Source of the DNA: Raillietiella orientalis
Taxonomy: Eukaryota
DNA: 64,000 nt
Reading direction: 5' to 3'
NCBI GenBank assembly: GCA_036172245.1
Contig: JAYWIR010000006.1
Location: 5,208,001-5,272,000, forward strand
Shown: one piece after another, positions 24,995-34,700 of the stretch
How the letters are laid out: the number at the start of each line of letters is the position of its first letter
How positions within the stretch are numbered: the first letter of the stretch is position 1
Made by a program: the position numbers and the translations under genes
The notes under the pieces: generated by a model
Databases searched by the model: none
What the model saw: only the letters and a program-made list of their open reading frames with translations
Told to the model about the DNA's origin: nothing

Positions 24995-26333
24995 CGGCCT
25001 CTCCGATCCCCGAGGCGCCTTGCCCCCTGACGGGGCCAGGCGCTACGGAGGCTCATCTCTGCCTCGCCCCCACCAACCCCCTCCTATCAGCCGTGGGCGA
25101 CCTCCCCATCCCTTCCACCCTCCTCTCACCCTCAAGTTTCGTGGGGTGGGTTCTGACTCGCCGCCGCCTCCAGGCGACGGGGTGGGGAAGAAAAGGGAAG
25201 GAGTGGATGGAAAGTGGGGGAGGAGAGGAGGAGAAACAGCAGCAGCCGAGCCGGCCGGCTTCTCCCCTTCCCCCTCCCGAGGGGCTTCCGCGACAGGATA
25301 AGCGGCGAAAAGGAGCGGCGGGAACCAGATAAGTGCGCGAGATGATGGGCAGATGGCACTGCCTGCCGTGCGCGCGCGTCCCCTCCCCGTCCGCGCGTAC
25401 GGCGGGCTCCCGACGGGGAGGGGGAGGAGGAGGAAGCGGAAAAAAAAAGATAAAAAAAAAAAAAAAAAAAAAACGGAGGAAAGAAAAGAGGAGGAGGGGG
25501 AGAGGGAGGAAGCGTCGCCTCGGGGCTCGAGGAGAGAAAGGTTTCCCGGGGACGTCAGGAAGCGGTAATTGCAGGGAGGAGGAGGAACAGGAAGCCACGG
25601 CGGCGGCGGCGCTCCAGAGGAGGGGAAGGGGGGGGGGGAGAGGGTCGGAGGAGGACGGGAGAGAAAGTCAGGCCGGTCAGCGTTCTCCCGGGGGGAAGGG
25701 AGCAGGGAAAGGCCTGCGCCATCGCCCGGGCTACGCGCACGCGTCGCCGGCCGGAAGGTGGTCATCAGCGCCGCCGCCTCGCGGGGAAGGAACGACAGGA
25801 AGTGCGCGCCAGGAGGAGGCGAAAGCGTCCGCCCCTTCTCCTTCCCGAGAAGGGGAGGGGAGAGGGGAGGGAGGAAGGCGTACGGGAAGGACCCACCGCC
25901 TCGTGGGAAGGGAGGGAAGCTCCTCCCCCTCCTGGTTGACGAAGGCTTCGGGAGCTGACTGGGAAGAGCCGACTCGGGGCACCCCCGAGGGGCTCCCTCG
26001 TTCCGCCAGGATTCCTCTAGGAGCGCCCTTGGAGATCCTCCCCCTTGTTCCCTCCCTCTGTCGGCTGCCGTTCATCGGGAGCGGGAAGTGCGCGACGCGC
26101 CTCTCCTTCAGGAAAGCCTCCTTGCTCCCAAGGTCACGTCAACGGATGGAAGTGCACGGGAGTGGGCCCTCGTTCCTGCCGTCTCTGCCCCGTCTTTGGA
26201 CCCCGGAGCCAGCAGCCCTTTCCCCTCCCGCGCCCGACCCTTTCTCACGTTTCTTCTTGGGCTCCATGTGTGCGTGGAGGGCGTGGCCCACGGCGTGGTG
26301 ATCCGTCGGATGTGACATCTCCATGGTCACCAT
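19066..26333 (-). CDS. Pax2/5/8: Canonical Pax2/5/8 (shaven/sparkling-like) transcription factor, 9 coding exons, 501 aa (copy B)
   Basis: Exons 26333-26249, 24924-24759, 24294-24097, 23470-23241, 21811-21714, 21379-21142, 20874-20779, 19521-19225, 19163-19066. All introns are GT-AG and phase-compatible; total 1506 nt. Paired domain [126 protein letters not shown] (Q42/R44/H47), octapeptide [21 protein letters not shown] partial homeodomain, Tyr-rich C-terminus. Exons 2-4 are near certain; the later exons are somewhat less so. Confidence 0.92.
19225..19521 (-). CDS. Pax2/5/8: Copy B exon 8 (Gly/His/Gln-rich)
   Basis: ttccag acceptor; [14 protein letters not shown]...[17 protein letters not shown]...MTSFA; donor CAG|GTGCGT. 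Confidence 0.8.
20779..20874 (-). CDS. Pax2/5/8: Copy B exon 7 (96 nt, symmetric phase 1)
   Basis: ttccag acceptor with ctgac branch candidate; [32 protein letters not shown]; donor G|GTGAGT. Confidence 0.75.
21142..21379 (-). CDS. Pax2/5/8: Copy B exon 6
   Basis: ttgcag acceptor; [19 protein letters not shown]...MYAAASGL; donor G|GTAAGT; C-ending codon bias. Confidence 0.85.
21714..21811 (-). CDS. Pax2/5/8: Copy B exon 5, partial homeodomain-like motif
   Basis: Polypyrimidine plus cctcag acceptor; [33 protein letters not shown]; donor GTAAGA. Confidence 0.85.
22884..23085. repeat. Intronic tandem array: 22-bp-phased AACAAT motif with a 44-bp higher-order unit (x3.5)
   Basis: Unit CAACAATGCACGCGATGCGGACTAACAATGAACCTTTGGGAGAG at 22927, 22971, 23015 and partially at 23059. 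Confidence 0.95.
23241..23470 (-). CDS. Pax2/5/8: Copy B exon 4 with octapeptide (YSINGILG, 23310-23287)
   Basis: tttcag acceptor; [10 protein letters not shown]...[25 protein letters not shown]; donor AAG|GTAATG. Confidence 0.93.
24097..24294 (-). CDS. Pax2/5/8: Copy B exon 3, paired box C-terminal half (198 nt)
   Basis: tttcag acceptor; [18 protein letters not shown]...VPSVSSINR; donor AG|GTGAGA. Confidence 0.97.
24759..24924 (-). CDS. Pax2/5/8: Copy B exon 2, paired box N-terminal half (166 nt)
   Basis: ttgcag acceptor; HGGVNQLGG...VSKILSR; donor AG|GTAC; same length as the copy A exon. Confidence 0.97.
24963..24992 (+). repeat. (CAG)10 microsatellite in intron 1 of copy B
   Basis: Direct count; reads (CUG)10 in the pre-mRNA, ~40 nt before the exon 2 acceptor. 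Confidence 0.95.
26249..26333 (-). CDS. Pax2/5/8: Copy B coding exon 1 ([28 protein letters not shown]+R)
   Basis: ATG at 26333; phase-1 donor C|GTGAGA joins exon 2 in frame; similar to exon 1 of copy A (MITME...KRKR). Confidence 0.8.
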
Positions 26334-29300
26334 AACCGGGCTGGGGCGTTCCTTCCTGCAGCCGTCGGGGCGGGGATCCGACCGGGAGACTGAGGAGCCT
26401 CTACCGCTGTAAAGACGGAAGGGTTACCGCGCGCCTGACCACGGGAAGGAGGGGAGCGGTAGGGTCTGTGCGCAGCCCCCGAGGCAGGGCGCTGCTCCCC
26501 CTCCGCTTCCCCTGTCCCTCATCCGGCCCGCTCGGCCCCCCGAGTCCTGCCGCCTTTCGCGCGCTCGGATCAGCGGAAGGTCGGCGAGGGAGGGAGGGAC
26601 GCGTGCCGGAATGGCACGCGAGGAGGGAGGGAAGGTTGGACAGGAAGGATCGCGGCCTTCCGCCCGGCTCGCGCGTGCCTGGGAGACGCGCGTGAGGTGC
26701 ATTCCCCCCCCCCCCCCCGTGCCGCCGCCGGGCATCGTCGCCGCCTGGACGACAACGCTGCTCCGGTCTTTGCCCTCCTCCTCTTCCAGTTGGCGCGCGT
26801 GCCCTTTCGCGTCGCTCGTCTCCGCTCCAGCAAGGGTCATCCAGGAGGCCTTGCAGGGGGTACATACGGGACCTCGGTGGGCCGCCCCCACGGTGTCGCG
26901 GGGGCGAGGGGGTCTGCGACGGAAGGACGGCGGGGAAACGCGGAGAGGGGGGGCATTCACCAGGGCGCAAAAGAGGGGGCGGGGAGGCAGTTCCGGGAGG
27001 CGGAGGATCGTCCCGTAGGGGGAGCGGTGGGGAGGTGCTCCGGCTAGAGACCGACAGGGTCCGCTCCGCGCGAGAAAGACACGGGGAGGGCCTCTCCCGG
27101 AAGGATAGGGGGGGGGAAGGAGCAGCCGGGCGACCACGTCATCATCGGCCCCTACGGGCGCCACCGTGGTTACCGCACGTGGTGCGGGCAAAAAGGCGTG
27201 GGAACAACCGCGGCTCGACCCCCTTCCGGGAAAGGGCGGACCCCCTCCCGGACGGACCAGGCAGGAAGGGGGGGAGGGGTGCGACCGACCGATGCACTTA
27301 CCGGACGATCTCTCCCTCCTGGACGTCCCGGCTGCGGGAAGACCTCGGGAGCGCGCGTGCGGGGGTGCGTGCGAGGGTGTGTGCGGAGGGAAGGGAGGGG
27401 GGAGGAGGGGGGTGGGGAGGAGGGCGGTTGGATCACTACAACGAGGGGGTCGATGCAACGGCGGGCGTTTCCTGCCCCGAGGGCACCACCGCGGCAGCCA
27501 CAGCACGATAGCGCCTTCCCGACTGCCCGGCGCGGACTCGGCGGAGCGTCTGCCGCCCGGTTGCGGGCGCTGGCAGGGCCGCGGCCGCCCGCCTGGGGCG
27601 CTGCCGGCGCGCCGAGGCAGTGGAGAGGGAGGCGGTGGCGACTCCGCCCTCTGCGGGGTGACTCCGCCAGTAGCGGCGAGGGGCTCTCGCGGCAGCCTTT
27701 CGCGGGGCGAGCGCGATTGGCGGGGGCTCTCCTCGTCGCGCGGACGCGGACGGACGCACGCGCGCGCGTGCGCGCACCCGCCCGCCCTCGTCATCTGACT
27801 TGACCGCTCTCTCTCTATCGCGCGCGCTGGCGAGGAGCCGCCGATGCCCCCGCCTGAGGAGGAGGAAAAGGGGAACGCCACCTGCTGCCCTTCCCCCCCC
27901 CCTCTCTCCCCCCCTGCGCGATGGCCCCCCCCCCCCCACGGTGTCCGCAGGACCCGCAGTGCCCAGTCGGGCGCGGGCGTTTCTCTCCTCCCGGGCCCCC
28001 GCGAACGCCGGGCAGCGTCGCAGCTCTCGGGGGAGGGAGGGAGGTGAAGAAAAGAAGGCAAGCCCAAGAGGGCCTCCATCCCCCGCGGCGCGCGGCAGGT
28101 AACGCGCCCTCCTCCTCCCCCATCCTGCCGCGCTCGCGCGCTCCTCGGCTCGCGCGCGCGGCCAGAGGGCGCCGCCGGCTTCCTGCCCGCGGGCGCTCGC
28201 GATCCCTCCGCGTCTTTCGGCCGCGCGCGCTCCGCTCCGCCGGCCATCCGTCCCGAGACGCAACGGCGCTCATCCGGGAAAAGTCGCGTGCGCGGACGGG
28301 CGCCCGCGGGCGTCCCGGATGGGTGGCGGCGGCGGCGGCGGCGGCGGCGCTCTGCCTCCGCCGGACGGGCAGAGGAGAACCCGCGCGGCGCCGACGCTCC
28401 CCTCCTCCCGCAGCCGCCTCCTCGTGCGCTCTCGCGCCCGAGGGCGTCGCGTGGCGGGGTCTTCTCGGATCGTTCCCCCTGATCCTGCCCGCGCCGGTCG
28501 GGTTCCGCTAGGGAGGCCGGGCGGAACGCCGTTCCTCCGCGAAGGTCAGCTCCCGGGAAGAGAAACGGAAAAGGCAAATTGCACGGAGGAGGAGGGGGGA
28601 GGAAGGTGCTGCTGCTGCGGCGGTGCTGCCAGCGGAGGCCTCCGGGCGTCGGCCCGCGCGCGCCCCGCTCCCCTTCCAGAGGGCTCTCGAGCGATGCCGC
28701 TCGTTCCTGCGAGGTCAGCGTTGACGAGGTCTGGAAGGCGAGGCTTTCGCAGGTCGCCACCCTCGGGCTGCACCTCCCCTGCCTCCCGCCCGCTAGTCCC
28801 GGAGGGAGGGAGCGGGCGGGAGGTCACCTTGTTCGTCGTCCCCGCCTCCTTCCCCGTTTCCAGGAGACGGGCGGCTGCGGCGGCACGTTTCGCTCCCTGG
28901 GTGCGCTCGCGCGCGCGTGCCTCGGGTCGGGTGAACGATCGACCAATGGGAAGCTCCTCCCGTGCGGTCCGCGCGCGAGAGCGCGCATCGGCGGGGCGAC
29001 CGGCCGCCGCGCTGGTCGGACGCGCCTACGGGTCGGCTGCCCCGGGCGCGCTCCCGCGCGCGCACGTGCGTGTGCCGGGAGCTCCCGGCCGCGGGAGGGA
29101 GCGGTGGTGCGCTCCCTCGCCCTCCTCCCTCTCTCTTGCGCGACATTGCGCGGGACTCGCGGGCAGGGCTCGGGGCAGCTCCCGCGGGCGGAGGGAGTGC
29201 CAGCCTTCCAGGTTCCACCAGACGGCTCCTGGAACGGCCGCGCGCGCGCGTGTGCCACCTCCAAGCTCATGCGCGGGCGCGACGCGCCCGGTGGGCGAGG

Positions 29301-30599
29301 ACGCCTGCAGGCGCAGGCGACGTGCGCGCACGGAGGAGCTGCTTGCTCATGGGAGGGAAAGGCTGCACTCGCGCGTGCGGTGCGGAGGTGTGGGCGCGAC
29401 GGCCACGGTGGCGGCGTGAGAAAGCGCGGCGGCCTTTCCCGGGGTCGGCTCGCTCTTCCCCCTTTCCAGAATCCCGAATAACACTTTCCTCCTTCGTGCT
29501 CCCTCGTCCCCTTTTTCTCTCCCTTCTCCTCCGGCTTCCGCGCTCCTCCGCTCGGCGCATTCGGAGAGGCAAAGGGTCTCGGGAGACGAAAAAGGGCGTG
29601 GAAGGGAAAGGGGGAAGGGTTGGGCGTTGCCTGGGAAGACGGGCGTGGGATGGCCGTTGCGCCGGGCGTGAAGGTCTGCCCGATCCTCCAGCTCCCCGGC
29701 ACCTCTGCAGCGTTCCCACGGAAAGCAGGAACGGGGGAGTGGGGTGGCGGAGTGGGACGCGGGGAGATATCCTCATCTCCTGAGGAGGAAGGGGAGGCTG
29801 GGGCCAGGAGAGAACGTGGGTCCCCCCCACCGAACACCTGACGGCGTCCTCAAGCATCTGGGGCGCTCGGCTTCCCGGCCCCTTTGTCCGTCTGTCGGGA
29901 GCGCGCCCGTTCCCAGGCTGACTCCTCGCAACAGCCACCTGCTGGAGCGTCGCCAAGCGAAGGAGTCCGCGCGCTCCCGGGCTGATCCTCCTTCTTCGAG
30001 CCCTGTTTACGGGTTCCCGTGCGCGTTCCGCAACTGGCGCCGGGAGAACGTGCGTGCCCGCCGCAAATTGCTCGCAGGTGCGGGGAGGCACGGCAACACC
30101 TGTTGGTCTCGAGTTCCGTCCCCGAGGGCTGCGGGAAGCGTTCTTCCCCGCGCCGACCGCGGCGGACACGGCCTTCCCTGACCAACCGAGATCCCGGAGC
30201 GTTCCCGCCTTCCCGGGAACAAGGGAAAGAAGGCGGGAAAAGAAACCTTCCTCCCCTTTCGCGAGCTGCGTTCCGCACGCCTCGTGTCCGAGGTGAAGAC
30301 GGGAAGAGGGATCCTGGCCAGCCCAGACGGGAAGGACGGCCCGCTGGGAGGGCGGGAGCCACTGCCGCTGCCCATCCGAGTGGCCGCTCACCGCCACTGC
30401 TCTGTTCGGCAGCACGGACAACGGAAGAGGGCGACACTGTAGGCGACGGGATAGCGAAGGTCCACCACCGCCTCCTCGGCGTCTCCCTTCGCAGATTCCT
30501 CTCGCAGGCAAGGAAGGAAGTGCGCACTGTCTTCTTCCTGTTCCGAGCGTTGGCATCACCCGGTGCGCTCCGTGTCCAGGAGGCCTACCCGGTCGTCTT

Positions 30600-31060
30600 G
30601 CCACGCTCATGGACGCGGGCAGTGAGACTCCCCTCATCCATCCGCACCGATGCTGGGCATGCGGGAGGAAGACCATCACGATTGGGTGGGTCTGGCAAGG
30701 GGGTGAAGGGAGGGGGCAGGCGGAGGCAGCGTGACCCTGCGATGACCAGGCAGATGTGTTAAAAGGCGCAGACATCTTCCTCGCAGCTCCCTCGAGCATT
30801 TCTCTGGGGTGCCCAGGACCCTCGCCGCACCAGGGAGAGGGGGTGCTGAGGAGGAGGCATCCTCCAAGCTCCTTAGCGGCTCCACGAAGTCCCAGAGGTC
30901 TCCGGGTGGTTCGCTGGGAAGAAATCGCATTACCTCCACGCGTGCCGAAGAGAGCCCGGACGAAAATCTGGAAGATGGAGGGGCGGGAGGAATGCAAAGG
31001 AAGAAGGAAGGACGTCTCGGAAAAGCAGCAGCACTCATCGAGGGAGGGTTTTTCCAAGAA
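30600..31060 (-). mobile_element. Decayed LINE AP-endonuclease fragment
   Basis: LDECCCFSETSF ~ DIxCLxET; FQIFVR...RGGNAI ~ RxD..GGGVAI; APFNTSAWSS ~ GDFNxH..W, in order. Confidence 0.42.
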
Positions 31061-32349
31061 TCGTCGCCTCCACCACTTCCCGCTCCAGGAATTCCGGGAA
31101 GGTCCGCGAGCAGTGAAACGCCGTTTCGCTGCCGGAGGAGGAAAGTTGCCATGGAGCTGCCGGTTACGGAAACTCAATGCTACTGGCAACCCTGCTTGGA
31201 CGCCAACGTTCACGAAGGAGGCTTGGAGCGTTCGCGGTCTGAAGAGGGTGGAGGGTGGGAAGGCAGGGGCGGTGGTCTCTTTAGAAAAAGGGGAGGAATG
31301 AAGGAGGGGATTGTGAAAGTGGCATGGGCGGAGCTTCCTGCTGCGAGGGTGTGAAGGGCGTGGTCATGGGGGGCCGGAAGGGCGCGCATGCCACCCGCGG
31401 GGTGGCACTGCGGGTATCGATGGCAGTGCGCGCACGCGCCCTAGCGCGCGAGCTGGCATACGGGAAGCGAGGAGTGCGTGGGAGGCCATCCGTCGGTCGC
31501 GCACGCAAGCGCGCTCCAAGTCCGGCAGTCTCTGCAAGAGCCACCGAGGGCGGGGCTAAAGAGGGAGCGGAGGGAGCGAAGAGGAGGGGGGGGGGAAGAA
31601 GGGGGCCGCTCCTCTTCCCGGGAAAAGTACCCACTGGTCCTGGATTTGTAGCAAGAGCTCTCTGCCGACCAGAAGGGGGGTCGCCACCAGGCTCCCTAGA
31701 GCAGACGTGGCTCCACGAAGAAGGGCGAGGGACGGGGAGGCATTAGTCCCTTTCTGCGACGTGGCGGGAAAGCGCGCACCCTCGGGCTGCCGTGGAGAGC
31801 CGGGGTCGTCTTCCGAGCCTCCCGGGCAGCCTTCTCCGAGAACGCCGCCGGCGTCGAGGCGTCCATGTCTCCAGGAGGACGGGGAAGGCCCGCCCCGTCT
31901 CCGGGAGAGAGAGCGGCGGCGTCGCCCTGGAGACGTCGCACGTGTCCTTCCCACCGCCCACTTCGTTCCGCCAGCTCCCACGCCGCTTCCGTCCGTCGCC
32001 GCAGGGAGAAACGAAGGAAGAAGATGAAAGGAAAAAAAAAAAAAGGAAAGGAAAGGAAACGAGCAGGAAGGGGGAGGGAGGACGGGTGACGGGGAGATTC
32101 TTCTCCTTCCCCCACCGTCCGAGAAGCGGCTCCTTCTACGCCCGTGTCGCCGGTCTCCCTCCGTTCCTTGGTGACCCGGGCTCTCAGTTGACCGAGTTCC
32201 GCCTCCGGCCTGAGGGAGGGGGGGATGGGGGTGGAAGGAGGCCGGGTGCACTCACGGATCGAGTCGACTCCCTCCGGAGCACACGCGGAACGAACAACAA
32301 CAACAAACAACAAAACAGTTGGGAAAAGAGTGGAGGAGCGGGCGCAGCC

Positions 32350-34700
32350 TTCCAAGGAGGGCGAGGTGGCGGCGTCCGTCCAGCCTCCGCTGGAGTGACC
32401 GATGCTGGATGGGCATCCGTCCTCGTTGTCGGCCTCATATGACCTCCGGCTGTTCAGCAGAGCAGCACGATCCAGGTGCCCGCTCACATGCCCTTGGGGC
32501 AAGCTCTCACTCGCCTTGCAGAGGGAGGTCCAGGGACCACCTCCGCATGTCCTGTTTCCCCCCTTTCCCCCTCTTCCCTCTTTAACCCTTCTTACTGCCA
32601 ATTGTCCCGACCGGCCTTCCCCAGGGCCTCCTTCCAGCCTCCGGGAAAAATGGTTCTGTGAACCGAAGGCACCCGTACGAACGTCCATTTCATATCTATG
32701 CTCCCTTCCCCCCCCCCTTCCGGGAGGCCCACCTTCGCACTGGGCCCAGAGGGCCCGGAAAGACGTTCTCCCGCCAGCGCACGGCTCAATCTCCCGAAAA
32801 GCGAGAGGCATCCGGTAGCCACGGGAACCGGCCGAGACTTCCCGGAGCGGACCGAGATCTCCCGCCAAAGTGGGATCGGAGTGACAGGGTCAGCACGACC
32901 GCCCACTAGTGGAGAGGGCTGGTGAGGCGCAAGACGGCTCACGGGGAGGAGGAGGGGAGGACGGAGGGGATCCACGCTGAGCCCGGGCCCGTCAACGGAA
33001 GAGGGAACGCGGTCCACGCGTGGACACCGCACGCCCGTCGTGTGGTCTGCCCGCGTGTGAGAGGCGCTCCAGACGGAATCCACGCGATCGCGAGGGCAAA
33101 GGTCACCCGAGCGCTCATTATCCCGGAGGTCACGAGCACTCGCCGGGGTCCACCTCTGGTTTTCCGCCTCGGAGCTCGGACGTTCCGTCCGGGTTCCAGG
33201 CCCGTTGCCATGCGCGACAGGGACGCTCCGAGAGCTCCGGAGCGCGCGCGCGCGCGGCGCCCTTGCCGAGGGCCGATGCCTCTGCGTGCGCTTCCGCCTT
33301 GGTGGCCCGGCCCAAGGGCGCAGGACGGAAGGCCGCTCGTGACCCGTGCGAAGCCCCGGCAGCGCCCTGCGGAGGCGTGAGGAAGGCCCCTCGCGGTTCC
33401 TTCCGCCTTCTCCCGGGTCCCCTGCCCTCCGGTACGCGGGGTATGCTCGAAAGGGAGGCAAGGGCCTCCAAGGAGATCCGTTTCCGTGGGTCTCCTCCAA
33501 GGAAGACCCTGGGACATGCCCCGCGGACAGGCTAGCCCGGCGGCGATGTCGTGCGCGCTTGCTTCTTTGGGCCTTTCTCCGAGTTGACCTTTGACCTTCC
33601 TCGGCGCACTCCCGAGGGGGGAAACCCCGCTCGAGGGAGAACGAATTGGAGAGGAAGTGGGAAGCCATCGATTTCCTTCCCTCCCCTCCCCCCTTCCGTT
33701 GCCACAGTTTCCCCCCGGCCGCCTGATCTACCACTGCCGCCGCGAGATAGTGGGCTGGTTCTTCCTTCTCCGCCGCTTGGTAGAGTCACTGTCGAGCTCT
33801 CGGGTCAGTTGCGCGTCCCCATCCCTCGCCGGTCCCCGGCCCGAGTCTCTACGCAAGGAGAGGGTGCGAGGGAGGGCAGCCCTGCTCCGTGCCGGGTATC
33901 CCCGCAACCCTTAAACGGCGCAGGTCCTGTCTCCGAAGAGTCGCTTTTTGGCGGGAGGAGGAGACCTAAGGCAGACTCTCATTCAGGGGGCCGCAGGGGG
34001 TGCGCCTCTTCTCCCGCCGAGACCGCGACCCCCACGTAGTCGACGATGATTCCTGCTAGCTCTGGCGTCACCTCCTGCAGGAGCCAGGGAAACGACTGCC
34101 GCTCACCGTCCTGAGAGCCGTTCGGTTGCTGTGGAGTCCCGAGGGAGGTTCGTCTGGAGAGAGGATGCACAGCCTCAAGGGTCGTTCCTCCTTTTCCCTC
34201 TGAAGGGCCGCGCCCACGCAGCCTACCGGATCCTCGCGGACTCCTGCCTTCCTCTCAAGGACTCCTGCGATTTCGCTCCTAGGGCCAACTCAGCAGAGAA
34301 TTGCCCGGAGAGGGCGTGGGCAACGGAGCTTTCGTCCTTGGAAGAGTTGAACGGCGTCCTTCTTTTCCTGACCAGCCTATGGGCGCGCGCCCAAGGCCTT
34401 CCACGGAAAAGCACTGCCCCTCCGTGCTTCCCCCCCATCCGCCTTCTGGGCACCTCGTCAGAGCCGTGGGGGACTCCCCACGCCTTCTCTCCGGCTGTGT
34501 CGCACAGATGAGAAACATCGGGAATCTCTTGTCTCCCCCCTCCCCCGTACGCGCCTGCGAGGCATCCCCCATGCCTTCTCTCCAATGCCCGCTCGCTACC
34601 GCTCTTATCCCTACCGCCCTTGTCGAGGACGCTCCAATCGAAGCTGCCAACAATCTGCGGGAGACGACTGCCTCCCTGGAATGTGCCCTCCTCTCCACGC
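32350..34700 (-). mobile_element. Decayed R2-like RT and C-terminal zinc-knuckle fragments
   Basis: GRAPIGWS..STLPRTKAP ~ GxxPxxW..TLIPK; REKEERPLRLCIL; CKASESLPQGHV ~ CxxESLxHV (~32480-32525). Confidence 0.38.

Noticed and set aside
24957..25301. PolyQ ORF antisense to copy B intron 1
   Set aside because: Non-ATG start and microsatellite-derived; no other coding signal.
26424..28760. 778-aa ORF and other long Arg/Pro/Gly/Ala-rich ORFs (for example 29267-31213, 58257-59624, 1415-2704)
   Set aside because: Stop-poor GC-rich DNA with overlapping ORFs in several frames and no domain signature apart from short TE traces.
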